From: Candidatus Nanosyncoccus sp.
GTDB taxonomy: Bacteria > Patescibacteriota > Saccharimonadia > Saccharimonadales > Saccharimonadaceae
Assembly: GCA_045604085.1 (NCBI GenBank)
Contig: JAZUNK010000023.1
Span: forward strand, 1-62,925
Length of the DNA: 62,925 nt
Direction of reading: 5' to 3'
Shown here in pieces: positions 10,682-20,112 of this stretch. Below the pieces are notes generated by a model. That model had not been told where the DNA came from. It searched no databases and saw only the letters and a list, made by a program, of their open reading frames with translations. Within the stretch, counting starts at the first letter, position 1. Each line of letters opens with the position of its first letter. A program made the position numbers and the translations under genes.

Positions 10682-11591
10682 TTACGAAAAACAGATATTT
10701 TGTGAAGTGGCTGGAGACTTTAAAATCCCAGAAGGAGCTTATAATTTTCGAGTAAACGGAAAATCGATTGGTAGAAAATCAACAGACAATATAGACATAA
10801 GACCAAAAAGAAAGAATAGTGGACTCGAAATTTATATTAAAGCTGGAACAAAAAATGAGCAAGTGCATATTCCGGTTGCTATCAGCGTAGCTGGATTAAA
10901 AGAAGTGGTTTATAACGATTTTTACGTTGGCGAAGGAGCGGAAATAACAATTGTTGCTGGTTGCGGAATTTATAATTGTGGCGAACTAGATTCAAGACAT
11001 AATGGTGTACACCGATTTTTTATTGAGGAAGGTGCAAAAATAAGATATATTGAAAAACATTATGGTTTCGGGGCTGGACAAGGCGGAAAAATTCTAAATC
11101 CAACTACTGAAGTTTATTTGAAAAATGGAAGCGAAGCTTTTTTAGAAATGGAACAAATTAAAGGCGTAGACTCGACAGTCAGAAAAACAATTGCGAAATT
11201 AGATGACGGCACAAAGTTGATTGTTAAAGAACGGCTGATGACTCATGGTCGACAGGACGCGAAAAGTGATTATTATGTTGAATTGAACGGGGTCGATTCT
11301 GTTGTTGATATAGCATCGCGCTCCATTGCGCAAGATTATTCAGCACAAGAATTCTGTTCGAAAATTATTGGGAACAATAAATGTCGAGGACATTCCGAGT
11401 GTGATGCGATAATAATGGATAATGCGAAGGTCTTAGCAACCCCGTCGCTCGATGCAAGGAATATTGAGGCAGAATTAATTCATGAAGCAGCAATTGGAAA
11501 AATTGCCGGTGAGCAAATTATAAAATTGATGACTCTAGGCTTAAGCCGACGAGAAGCAGAGTCACAGATTATAAATGGATTTTTAAAATAA
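10668..11591 (+). CDS. SufBD/SmsB Fe-S scaffold protein
   Basis: Beta-helix repeats, GHSECDAII, IHEAAIGKIA, C-terminal IINGFLK. Confidence 0.88.
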   Translation: MELNDYEKQIFCEVAGDFKIPEGAYNFRVNGKSIGRKSTDNIDIRPKRKNSGLEIYIKAGTKNEQVHIPVAISVAGLKEVVYNDFYVGEGAEITIVAGCGIYNCGELDSRHNGVHRFFIEEGAKIRYIEKHYGFGAGQGGKILNPTTEVYLKNGSEAFLEMEQIKGVDSTVRKTIAKLDDGTKLIVKERLMTHGRQDAKSDYYVELNGVDSVVDIASRSIAQDYSAQEFCSKIIGNNKCRGHSECDAIIMDNAKVLATPSLDARNIEAELIHEAAIGKIAGEQIIKLMTLGLSRREAESQIINGFLK

Positions 11592-11611
11592 AATAGCATA
11601 AAAGTCTTGAA

Positions 11612-11660
11612 ATACTACATTTAGTGGTGTATTATAGTTCTAAGACACTAAATGTAGGGT
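11612..11660 (+). promoter_or_regulatory. Tandem NrdR boxes upstream of nrdD
   Basis: ATACTACATTTAGTGG (11612-11627) and ACACTAAATGTAGGGT (11645-11660) resemble acaCwAtATaTwGtg; 33 bp offset. Confidence 0.75.
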
Positions 11661-11742
11661 GACACGAGCATTACCATAGAGTCGTCCGACAGAAGGTCAT
11701 TCATATAAATAATTGAACTGGATACATTAAGGAGGTATATTT

Positions 11743-13938
11743 ATGTTCAAAAGAATCGTAAAACGGGATGGAAAAATTGTCAAATTTGATCCCGAAAAAA
11801 TTACTGAAGCAATCGCCAAAGCAGGATTAGCTACTGAAGAATTTAAACATGATAGAGCAAAGGCATTGTCTGATAAAGTCATAAAGAGAGCCGAAGAAAA
11901 AATTACGGCCAGGACTCCTAATGTTGAACAAATTCAGGATATTGTCGAAGAAATATTGATGGAATCAAGTTTTAAGCGAACAGCGCGAGAATATATACAA
12001 TATCGACAAGAAAGATCTAGAAGACGCGAAGCGAAATCTGATCTAATGATGATTTATAGAACGATTTCACACGCTGATGCGTCAGAGGATTCGGACGTGA
12101 AGCGTTCGAACGCTAACGTTGATGGCGATTCCGCAATGGGAAAGATGCTGCAGTTTGGTGCGGAGGGCTCAAAAGTTTTTGCGAAATCCCTACTCCTTCG
12201 TCCGGATATTGCGGCCGCACATGATAATGGTGATATCCATATTCATGATCTTGATTTCTATGCAACTGGAACTTTAACTTGTTGCCAGTCCGATCCTTTT
12301 GTTCTATTTGAAAATGGCGGCTTTAATACTGGGCATGGTCATCTTAGAACGCCAAATTCAATTGGCTCATATGGAGCGCTTGCGGCAATCCTATTACAAG
12401 CAAATCAAAACGAACAACATGGCGGACAATCTATTCCTAACTTTGATTATGCAATGGCACCCGGAGTCAATAAATCTTTTAGAAAAGCTTTAAAACGCAA
12501 TTTGGCTAAGTACAATAAATTCACTGGCAAAAAAGTCGATCTAGAAATTAAAGACGATTATGAATATGGCGACGATAAAAAACTTGAAAAAGCAAAATGG
12601 CCAAAGGAAGTCATCGAAGCGTCAAATGAAGATGTTGAGAGAGAAACTTTTCAAGCTATGGAAGGGTTCATCCACAATTTAAATACTATGCATTCTCGCG
12701 CTGGAGCGCAAGTACCATTCACGTCAATTAATTTTGGCACCGACACAACGCCAGCCGGTCGTCTCGTTTCTAAATATTTGTTAGAGGCGACTGAAAATGG
12801 TTTAGGGAAAGGTGAAACTCCAATTTTCCCGATTTCAATTTTCAAGGTTAAATCTGGTGTGAACTATGAGCCGGACGATCCAAATTATGATTTATTCAAA
12901 AAATCAATGGAAGTCTCTGCGAAAAGATTATTCCCAAATTTCTGCTTTATTGATGCGCCATACAATTTAAAATATTATAAAAAGGGCGATTATCGAACAG
13001 AGATTGCGACAATGGGGTGCCGCACTAGAGTTTTTGCCTCAGTTTTTCCAGAATCAGATGGAATTGTAACTGGGCGTGGTAATTTATCTTTTACGACAAT
13101 AAACTTAGTGCGTCTTGGCATAAAGCATGGGATTTGTTTAGGCGAAAGAAAAGAAGCTGACTGGGATGGTTTTTATAAAGAACTTGATGAGAAATTAGAA
13201 TTAGTAAAAGATGAACTTTTGGAACGTTTCGAATTCCAAGCGAATCAACACGTTCGCAATTTTCCGTTCTTAATGGGTCAAGGAAACTGGTTTGGGTCTG
13301 AAAAATTGGGACCGAACGACACCTTGAGGGATGTGATAAAACACGGGACTTTATCTATCGGATTTATTGGTCTAGCAGAAACTTTAGTTGCAATGACCGG
13401 TAAGCATCATGGTGAAGATGAAGACGCAAGAGAGCTCGGATTGGACATTATTACGCACATGCGAGAAAAATGTGATGAATATTGTAAAAAATATAAACTT
13501 AATTTCTCATTACTTGCAACTCCGGCAGAAGGGATTGCTGGTAGATTTACAAAAATTGACAAAAAGGAATTTGGTATTATACCAGGAGTAACTGATCGTG
13601 AATTCTATACGAATTCATTTCATGTACCAGTTTATTATCCTATCTCGGCGTTTGAGAAGATTGAAATAGAGGCGCCCTACCACAATCTTTGTAATGCTGG
13701 TCATATTACATATATCGAACTCGATGGCGATCCTTCACAAAATATTGCCGCGTTTGAGTCGGTGATTCGAAAAATGCATGATGAAGGAATAGGATACGGC
13801 TCTGTAAATCATCCAGTAGACAGAGACCCGGTTTGTGGATTTTCTGGCGTAATTACTGGGGATAGATGCCCGCATTGCGGAAGACTTGAGGGCGATGTTC
13901 CGTTTGAAAAAGTTTGTGCCTGTGCGAAGGGTGAATAA
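11743..13938 (+). CDS. nrdD: Class III anaerobic ribonucleoside-triphosphate reductase with ATP cone; C-terminal glycyl-radical motif absent
   Basis: ATP cone IVKRDG, IHIHDLD, TCC, MGCRT, ATPAEG, YTNSFH, DPVCG..CPHCG; ends VCACAKGE with no RxxGY. Confidence 0.93.
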   Translation: MFKRIVKRDGKIVKFDPEKITEAIAKAGLATEEFKHDRAKALSDKVIKRAEEKITARTPNVEQIQDIVEEILMESSFKRTAREYIQYRQERSRRREAKSDLMMIYRTISHADASEDSDVKRSNANVDGDSAMGKMLQFGAEGSKVFAKSLLLRPDIAAAHDNGDIHIHDLDFYATGTLTCCQSDPFVLFENGGFNTGHGHLRTPNSIGSYGALAAILLQANQNEQHGGQSIPNFDYAMAPGVNKSFRKALKRNLAKYNKFTGKKVDLEIKDDYEYGDDKKLEKAKWPKEVIEASNEDVERETFQAMEGFIHNLNTMHSRAGAQVPFTSINFGTDTTPAGRLVSKYLLEATENGLGKGETPIFPISIFKVKSGVNYEPDDPNYDLFKKSMEVSAKRLFPNFCFIDAPYNLKYYKKGDYRTEIATMGCRTRVFASVFPESDGIVTGRGNLSFTTINLVRLGIKHGICLGERKEADWDGFYKELDEKLELVKDELLERFEFQANQHVRNFPFLMGQGNWFGSEKLGPNDTLRDVIKHGTLSIGFIGLAETLVAMTGKHHGEDEDARELGLDIITHMREKCDEYCKKYKLNFSLLATPAEGIAGRFTKIDKKEFGIIPGVTDREFYTNSFHVPVYYPISAFEKIEIEAPYHNLCNAGHITYIELDGDPSQNIAAFESVIRKMHDEGIGYGSVNHPVDRDPVCGFSGVITGDRCPHCGRLEGDVPFEKVCACAKGE

Positions 13939-13941
13939 ACG

Positions 13942-14490
13942 ATGGATTGGCATAAGATTTCTTTAGAAAAAATTGCCAGACAACTCGAAACGCCGGATGG
14001 GTTTATCCGAGTTTCGGGTCCACTCGAACGCGATAATATTGTGAACGGCGATGGTCTTAGAGCTGTTCTTTGGACGCAAGGTTGCCCAAATGGCTGCTTG
14101 GGATGTCAGAATCCTGAGACTTGGGACTATAAAGCTGGGATATTAATTTCTATCGATGAGATTATGGAACAGCTATCCCATTTTAAAGGTCAGACTGGAA
14201 TAACTTTTTGTGGTGGTGAACCTTTTGTACAACCTAAGGCCTGCCGCGAGATAGCAGAAAGGGTTAGAAAGGAATTCGGTTGGGATGTTTGGAGTTTTTC
14301 CGGATTTACTTATGAAATTATAAAGGAATTTGGTGGCGAACCTTGGGATTTTTTAAAAACGTTAGATGCACTAATTGATGGACCGTTTATATTAAAACAA
14401 AGGGATCTAAGTTTAAGGTATCGTGGCTCCAAGAATCAAAGACTATTACGATTAGAAATTGGGACTGGAAAAATTACGAGTATCGAATAA
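13942..14490 (+). CDS. nrdG: Class III RNR activating radical SAM enzyme
   Basis: VNGDGLR, QGCPNGCLGCQNPETW, GGEP, RGSKNQR. Confidence 0.93.
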   Translation: MDWHKISLEKIARQLETPDGFIRVSGPLERDNIVNGDGLRAVLWTQGCPNGCLGCQNPETWDYKAGILISIDEIMEQLSHFKGQTGITFCGGEPFVQPKACREIAERVRKEFGWDVWSFSGFTYEIIKEFGGEPWDFLKTLDALIDGPFILKQRDLSLRYRGSKNQRLLRLEIGTGKITSIE

Positions 14491-14548
14491 ATGTATCGAC
14501 AGTATAGTATTAGACATGATATAATTAAGAAAATGATGGAGGTGAAAA

Positions 14549-15397
14549 ATGGATAATATGTTTATGGTGACCCCTATGAGCCAACGGGTTTCACTTAATC
14601 CTGGAGAGGTTTACGAAGGTTCAATCACTATCGTCAATCCTGCAGATGCATCAGAAGATTTTAACTATAAGGTTTCCGTTTCTCCTTATGGTGTAGCAGG
14701 AAGAGATTATAGTGCTGATTTTACGACTATCTCCGGCATAACCCAAATTGCTAATTGGATTACAATTGATGAGCCAACGGGTGTTATCAAACCAAATGGT
14801 AGCAAAAAAATCACATTTAAAATTACTGTTCCCGAATCAGCTCCAGCAGGAGGACAATATGCATCCATTATGGTTAGCTCTGACGACAATTCAAGCACAG
14901 AGAACGGCGTAGCGGTTAAGAACGTTTTTGAGATGGCTAGTTTAATTTATGCTGATGTTGCCGGTGAAACTGTACACGATGGTCAAATTTTAGAAAACAA
15001 CGTCCCAGGTTTTTCAACAACTGTACCAATAACCGTTAGTGCCTTATTAAATAATAAAGGCAATATCCATGAAGATGCCACTTTTGCTATTTCAGTTACT
15101 AATGTTTTTACGGGAGAATCAATTTTACCCACAGAAGATAATGATGGTCGCTATTCTGAAATTATTATACCCGATACTGAAAGATACATTTCTCGAGAGA
15201 TTAGTAATTTACCACTTGTTGGAGTCGTGAAAGTAAACCAGAGTATTTATTATAATGGCGATGTTTCTACCGTTGTGAAAGATGTTTTTATTTGCCCTAT
15301 TTGGTTTTTGTTGCTCGTCGTAGCAACAATTGGAGCGATTATCGCGGTTGTAATTAAGATTATTAAGAAAAACCGTAATAAAAAGTATTCAGCATAA
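14549..15397 (+). CDS. Ig-like beta-sandwich surface protein with C-terminal TM anchor (DUF916-like)
   Basis: VPESAPAGGQYA, NKGNIH motifs; C-terminal TM plus basic tail. Confidence 0.6.
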   Translation: MDNMFMVTPMSQRVSLNPGEVYEGSITIVNPADASEDFNYKVSVSPYGVAGRDYSADFTTISGITQIANWITIDEPTGVIKPNGSKKITFKITVPESAPAGGQYASIMVSSDDNSSTENGVAVKNVFEMASLIYADVAGETVHDGQILENNVPGFSTTVPITVSALLNNKGNIHEDATFAISVTNVFTGESILPTEDNDGRYSEIIIPDTERYISREISNLPLVGVVKVNQSIYYNGDVSTVVKDVFICPIWFLLLVVATIGAIIAVVIKIIKKNRNKKYSA

Positions 15398-15407
15398 GGT
15401 TTCTAAT

Positions 15408-16187
15408 ATGAAGGTTGCAATTTTAGGTGCAGGAGCTTTCGGAACGGCGCTTGGCGGAATTTTGGCTAATAATGGCTATGATGTAGATTATTATGATCCA
15501 AGGATTGAAAAAGAGCGACTGGGCGACGTCTTAGGTGGGGCCGGGTTCATTGTATTATCTGTTCCATCCCATGCTGTTTCGTATTTATTGCCACGTTTGC
15601 CAAAAAATATACCCCTGCTTATCGCCACGAAGGGAATACTCTCAGATGAGGGATTTAAAAATTTTAGGGATTGGATGGTGCTTTCTGGTCCAGGTTTTGC
15701 GGATGATATAAAAGCTAAAAAATCGACGGTTTTTAGTATAACCGACGATAGAATTACAAAAATGTTTGCGGCAAATTATATAAAATTTGACCCCGTTGAT
15801 GACAGGCATGGAGTTTTAATGTGTGGGGCTTTAAAAAATGTTTATGCAATTTTGGCTGGGTATAAAGGATTAAAACCACAAACAATAACAATGCGTAATT
15901 TTTTGGAAGAGGTCTCGTCTGAAATGGCAGAAATTCTAAAAATAAATTCGTGCGATCCTTCTACGGTCTATCATGCTTGTGGGATTGGTGATTTAACTCT
16001 AACTTGTTCACCGCAATCGAGAAATTATGAATTTGGAGAAAAGGTTCGTTTAAACCCAAATTATAGGCCAGAAAAAACCGTAGAGGGATGGACTGCGCTA
16101 ACAAAGATTAAACGAAGCGTAATTAAAATCCCCCAAGGTATGAAAAAATTGAATGAATTGATTGAATTAAGTAAAGAGTGGTATTAA
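15408..16187 (+). CDS. gpsA: NAD(P)H-dependent glycerol-3-phosphate dehydrogenase (compact)
   Basis: GAGAFGTAL, LSGPGFA, GALKNVYA, GIGDLTLTC..SRN. Confidence 0.88.
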   Translation: MKVAILGAGAFGTALGGILANNGYDVDYYDPRIEKERLGDVLGGAGFIVLSVPSHAVSYLLPRLPKNIPLLIATKGILSDEGFKNFRDWMVLSGPGFADDIKAKKSTVFSITDDRITKMFAANYIKFDPVDDRHGVLMCGALKNVYAILAGYKGLKPQTITMRNFLEEVSSEMAEILKINSCDPSTVYHACGIGDLTLTCSPQSRNYEFGEKVRLNPNYRPEKTVEGWTALTKIKRSVIKIPQGMKKLNELIELSKEWY

Positions 16188-16239
16188 TAGAGATAATGCG
16201 GCATTTTCACAGGCGCTTAATTGATAGAAAAGGAGGAAA

Positions 16240-19200
16240 ATGGGGTTAAACAAGAACCAGAAAAAAGCAGTTGAGTATTTGTCTGGGCCGCTATTAGTAC
16301 TTGCAGGACCGGGTACAGGAAAAACGCAGTTACTATCCTCAAAGGTTGCCTATATCTTAGAAAATACCGATACAAATCCGGAAAATATTTTATGTTTGAC
16401 TTTCACTGAAACTGGCGCAAAAAATATGCGTGAGCGATTAAAAACAATGATCGGAAAAGACGCAATGAAAGTTAATATTGGTACTTATCATGCATTCGGT
16501 TCGGAAATTTTAGCACAGTATAAAAATTATTCGCCAGACTATGATCGAAAGTTAGATTCGGCAATCGACGAAGTCGGGCAGTACAAAATTATTAAATCAA
16601 TTCAAGATTCTTTGCCCGGAAATGATATTCTGCGTGGCGATCCGATAAAAGATATAATTAGTGTAATCGGCGAAACGAAAGCAGCTGGACTTTCTGAAGA
16701 TGATTTATCTAAAATTGCAAAACAGAATACTGAAGATTCAAAAGTACTTTCAGAAACAATTTCGCCCCTTCTCAAGGAGGTTGTTCCGCGAAATTTTGAA
16801 GCCTCGTATGAAAATGCCTATCGACCGATTTACGATTTAATTTCGAAATATTCTGAGAGTTCCTCGATAATTTTGAAAAATATCGAAAGAACTATTTCTA
16901 TTTTAGCGAGAGATTTAAAGCAGGCGATAATTGAAGCTAAAAGTTCACAAAAAATAAAACCATTATCAACTTGGAAAGATAAATACTTTGAAAAAGACCA
17001 GAAGGGAGAATATCGTCTTAAGGACCGCGTGGCAAACAAGAAGCTGTCGTCAATCGCACACGTAATGGAAAAATACGAAAAGTATTTACAAGAAAACGGT
17101 CTCTATGATTTTAATGACATGATTGAAGAGGCTGTAAAAGTCCTAGAAGCTGATGATGGTTTTAGAATGACGTTACAGGAGAGATATCAATTTATAATGT
17201 TAGATGAATTTCAGGATACAAATCCGTCTCAATTTATGATAGTGAAAAAGCTGACTGATTATGAAAAGCCGATGATTATGGCAGTTGGCGACGACGATCA
17301 GGCAATTTACGAATTTCAGGGGGCCCTCTCTTCCAACCTAACCGACTTTCAGGAGCATTATAATGCTGAGGTAATCCCGTTGGTTGAAAATTATCGAAGC
17401 ACTCAAGAAATTTTGGATTTTTCACGCGAGATAATTAGGCAGGCTTCTGATAGGTTTGCAGATAAGGAGTTATTTTCCCATCAGCTATCTCCAAAAGATT
17501 CACAAATCCATCGACTTGAATTTATGTCTTCAGATATGGAATATGGCTTTATCGCTGATGAGGTGTCTAAACTTATTAAATCCGGAGTTAAGCAAAGTGA
17601 GATAGCGATTATCTCTTATAAGCGAAAATATTTTGAACCTTTACTGCCTTATTTAAAAGAGCATGAGGAAATTAATATTGCCTACGAACAGCAATCTGAC
17701 TTGTTTGAGGATGAAAAAATCCATCAAATATTAACGTTAGCGCGCTTTATGTATGAATTGGCAAATGATAAAAAAATAAGTGTGCCAATTTTAGAAATTT
17801 TAACCTATCCCTGTCTTGGTTTGCCGGCTATTGACTCAATAAAATTGATAAGTAAAGCAAAAAAAGAAAAAAGATCAATTTTCGACGTAATGAGCGCCTA
17901 CGAAAATTCCGCATTTAAAGAGGTGACAGAATGGTTTTCGGATTTAGCCGTTAAATCTTTCAATGAACCACTTACGGTCTTTTTAGGGCATTTTGTTGAG
18001 CGAATAGAGGCCTTGAAAATGGATGAATATGAGAGATTTCGTTTTTACGAAAATCTCGCATCGCTCAGAGGAAAATTAGCCAAACATTTTGGAGATAAAA
18101 ATCTAAAATTAGAAGATTTAATTGAAATGGTGAATGATTATGAAGCAGCCGGAATGCCTCTTTCGTCCACATCTCCTTACCGAGACGCCGATGAGGCGGT
18201 CTCTATCTTAACCGCGCATAAGGCAAAGGGGCTCGAATTTGAATACGTTTTTATCATCTCGGCTGACCATACGGCTTGGGGTAAAGGTAAAGGCAACAAT
18301 AATTTACTCGCTTTACCAAAAAACTTAATGCAAATACGACACACCGGAACTACCGATGGCGAAAAATTGCGAATTTTATATGTTGCGTTAACTCGTGCAA
18401 AAAAATGTCTTTATATTACTAATTCCTTGCATGATTTCAACGATAAATCCCCAGAAAGGTTAGAGTATCTTAATGAATATGTAGAGGGCGATGAAGTTAT
18501 TTCGCCTTTTCTTCCAAACCATAAGGTCAAGCTAATATATGATTCTCTAAATTTTAAGAAAAAAGAGGAAAACCTGAAGAATTGGCTTAAAACTTATGTT
18601 GCTTATTCCCCAGATATGCGCGCAATCTATAAGGAACGAATCCAGAACTGGCGAATGTCGGCTTCTAGTTTAACTTCTTTTATTGATATCGTGTATGCTG
18701 GGCCAGAGGCCTTCTTCAAAACTTATATTTTGCAGGCTCCACGCGAACCGGAAACTGAGGCTCTAGCGTTTGGGACCTTAATACACTCGGTGTTCGAAGC
18801 CGTTACTAACCAGAAAATTTCGGATAACGAAGCAATAAATCTTTTCTTATCTGAGCTCTCTAAACATGATCTTCCTCCAGAAGTAACACAAAAACTTCGC
18901 GAAAAAGGTCCGATCGATTTGTCTATTTCGCTCACCCAATTTGGTAATGTTTTAAGGCGGGGCGTGGCAGAGGTAGATTTTGCTTCGGAAAAACTTTCTA
19001 TAGAGGGAGTGCCGATTGTCGGCAAAATTGACCATCTACTGATAGATGAAGATTCAAAAACTATTGAAATTTACGATTTTAAAACTGGCGGATATCATAA
19101 AGAAAAATGGCAAGCGCATGCTACGCTTTATAAGTACATGTTGCAACTTGGATTTTATAAATTACTATTAAATAAGTCGGCAAAGTATCGAAACTATAAG

Positions 19201-19446
19201 GTCTTACGAGCACATATTTTATTCGTGACTCCAGATAAAGATGGAGAAGTATACGATAAAGTTTACGAGTTTGAAGATGAAACGGAAAAAGAACTAATTC
19301 GTTTAATGAAAGCGGTTTATGGTATAGTCTTATCGCTCAAATTCCTTGATGACCCAGAAATATTTATTGCGGCTGATGCAGGCCGAGGAATAAAAGACAT
19401 TAAATCATTTATTGCGCTCTTGCTTGAAAAAAGAGAGATAGAATAG
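16240..19446 (+). CDS. UvrD/PcrA-family helicase fused to C-terminal PD-(D/E)xK nuclease
   Basis: AGPGTGKT, DEFQD, GDDDQAIY, NYRS, HKAKGLEF, YVALTRA; GKID...DFKTG. Confidence 0.92.
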   Translation: MGLNKNQKKAVEYLSGPLLVLAGPGTGKTQLLSSKVAYILENTDTNPENILCLTFTETGAKNMRERLKTMIGKDAMKVNIGTYHAFGSEILAQYKNYSPDYDRKLDSAIDEVGQYKIIKSIQDSLPGNDILRGDPIKDIISVIGETKAAGLSEDDLSKIAKQNTEDSKVLSETISPLLKEVVPRNFEASYENAYRPIYDLISKYSESSSIILKNIERTISILARDLKQAIIEAKSSQKIKPLSTWKDKYFEKDQKGEYRLKDRVANKKLSSIAHVMEKYEKYLQENGLYDFNDMIEEAVKVLEADDGFRMTLQERYQFIMLDEFQDTNPSQFMIVKKLTDYEKPMIMAVGDDDQAIYEFQGALSSNLTDFQEHYNAEVIPLVENYRSTQEILDFSREIIRQASDRFADKELFSHQLSPKDSQIHRLEFMSSDMEYGFIADEVSKLIKSGVKQSEIAIISYKRKYFEPLLPYLKEHEEINIAYEQQSDLFEDEKIHQILTLARFMYELANDKKISVPILEILTYPCLGLPAIDSIKLISKAKKEKRSIFDVMSAYENSAFKEVTEWFSDLAVKSFNEPLTVFLGHFVERIEALKMDEYERFRFYENLASLRGKLAKHFGDKNLKLEDLIEMVNDYEAAGMPLSSTSPYRDADEAVSILTAHKAKGLEFEYVFIISADHTAWGKGKGNNNLLALPKNLMQIRHTGTTDGEKLRILYVALTRAKKCLYITNSLHDFNDKSPERLEYLNEYVEGDEVISPFLPNHKVKLIYDSLNFKKKEENLKNWLKTYVAYSPDMRAIYKERIQNWRMSASSLTSFIDIVYAGPEAFFKTYILQAPREPETEALAFGTLIHSVFEAVTNQKISDNEAINLFLSELSKHDLPPEVTQKLREKGPIDLSISLTQFGNVLRRGVAEVDFASEKLSIEGVPIVGKIDHLLIDEDSKTIEIYDFKTGGYHKEKWQAHATLYKYMLQLGFYKLLLNKSAKYRNYKVLRAHILFVTPDKDGEVYDKVYEFEDETEKELIRLMKAVYGIVLSLKFLDDPEIFIAADAGRGIKDIKSFIALLLEKREIE

Positions 19447-19452
19447 TATAAT
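19424..19452 (+). promoter_or_regulatory. Sigma70-type promoter of intergenic RNA
   Basis: TTGAAA-17 bp-TATAAT. Confidence 0.7.
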
Positions 19453-19457
19453 AATTA

Positions 19458-19660
19458 AGTCGGGGAACTACCGGGAGGTTTTCTAGTTCTTTTGAAAGGG
19501 GGTATAGCGAATGTTCGCTAAATTTGATGATCGACCGCGTAAGCGGAATGTGTTTGGCGTAACGTGGACCTGCCGCCGTTGCGGCGCCGTGTTTCTGACC
19601 CAAGGTCAATACGCTGTTCACATTCTCACTTGTGGCTCCTAGGCCGATTCATCACTGCTT
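19458..19660 (+). ncRNA. Candidate structured non-coding RNA (6S-like or novel)
   Basis: GC-rich, many complementary segments, own promoter and terminator, no credible ORF. Confidence 0.65.
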
Positions 19661-19688
19661 AGGCAAGGAATAAATCCTTGCCTTTTTT
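19661..19688 (+). terminator. Intrinsic terminator of ncRNA
   Basis: AGGCAAGGA-ATAAA-TCCTTGCCT plus T run. Confidence 0.85.
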
Positions 19689-19716
19689 ATTTATCTGTGG
19701 TAAAATTAGTGTAATT

Positions 19717-19926
19717 ATGGCAAAGAAGAATAATACTAAAAGAAAGTTGGTTGGGCTTGTTTCGGAAGAATCCGGAGTTAGAGCTTATTATACTAAGAAA
19801 AATACGATGAACACTCCGGATAAATTATCTTTACGTAAATATGATCCGGTCCTTCGTAAGCATGTCTTGTTCGTTGAAACGAAGAAAAATCTTGGCCGAA
19901 ACGAAGTAAAAGAGAAGAAGCGCTAA
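19717..19926 (+). CDS. rpmG: 50S ribosomal protein L33 (Zn-independent type)
   Basis: YYTKKN..NTPDKLSLRKYDPVLRKHVLFVE; ATG 19717 is the likely start. Confidence 0.92.
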   Translation: MAKKNNTKRKLVGLVSEESGVRAYYTKKNTMNTPDKLSLRKYDPVLRKHVLFVETKKNLGRNEVKEKKR

Positions 19927-19950
19927 AAGAGCTCAAGCTACCAGTAAAGC

Positions 19951-20082
19951 AGTTTGGATCTGTTTGTCCTGCAAAGAAAATGCAACGCAAATCAAGAAAA
20001 ATCCCCTTTATTTGTCCTACGGACTTAGAGGAGATTTTTTCTTTGCTGAGTTGTGTTTTTTTACGACAAATAAATCTGGATT
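19951..20082. repeat. Long imperfect palindrome (fold-back element 1)
   Basis: GGATCTGTTTGTC/GACAAATAAATCT, AAAATGCAAC/GTTGTGTTTT, AAAAATCCCCT/AGGAGATTTTT; apex GTCC-TAC-GGAC. Confidence 0.75.
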
Positions 20083-20112
20083 AAATCTCATTACGCTGTT
20101 TTAGATAGGATT

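Noticed and set aside
11717-11728. ACTGGATACATT (TGYI) upstream of nrdD as a possible Gly-radical peptide
   Set aside because: Immediately preceded by an in-frame TGA and no Arg-x-x context; probably chance.
19458-19660. RNase P, tmRNA or SRP identity for the ncRNA
   Set aside because: Universal signature motifs were not found on either strand.
19409-19990. Minus-strand ORFs 19409-19621 and 19793-19990, and the TTG start for rpmG at 19678
   Set aside because: They overlap the ncRNA, terminator or rpmG; ATG 19717 follows an extended -10 and gives a normal L33.
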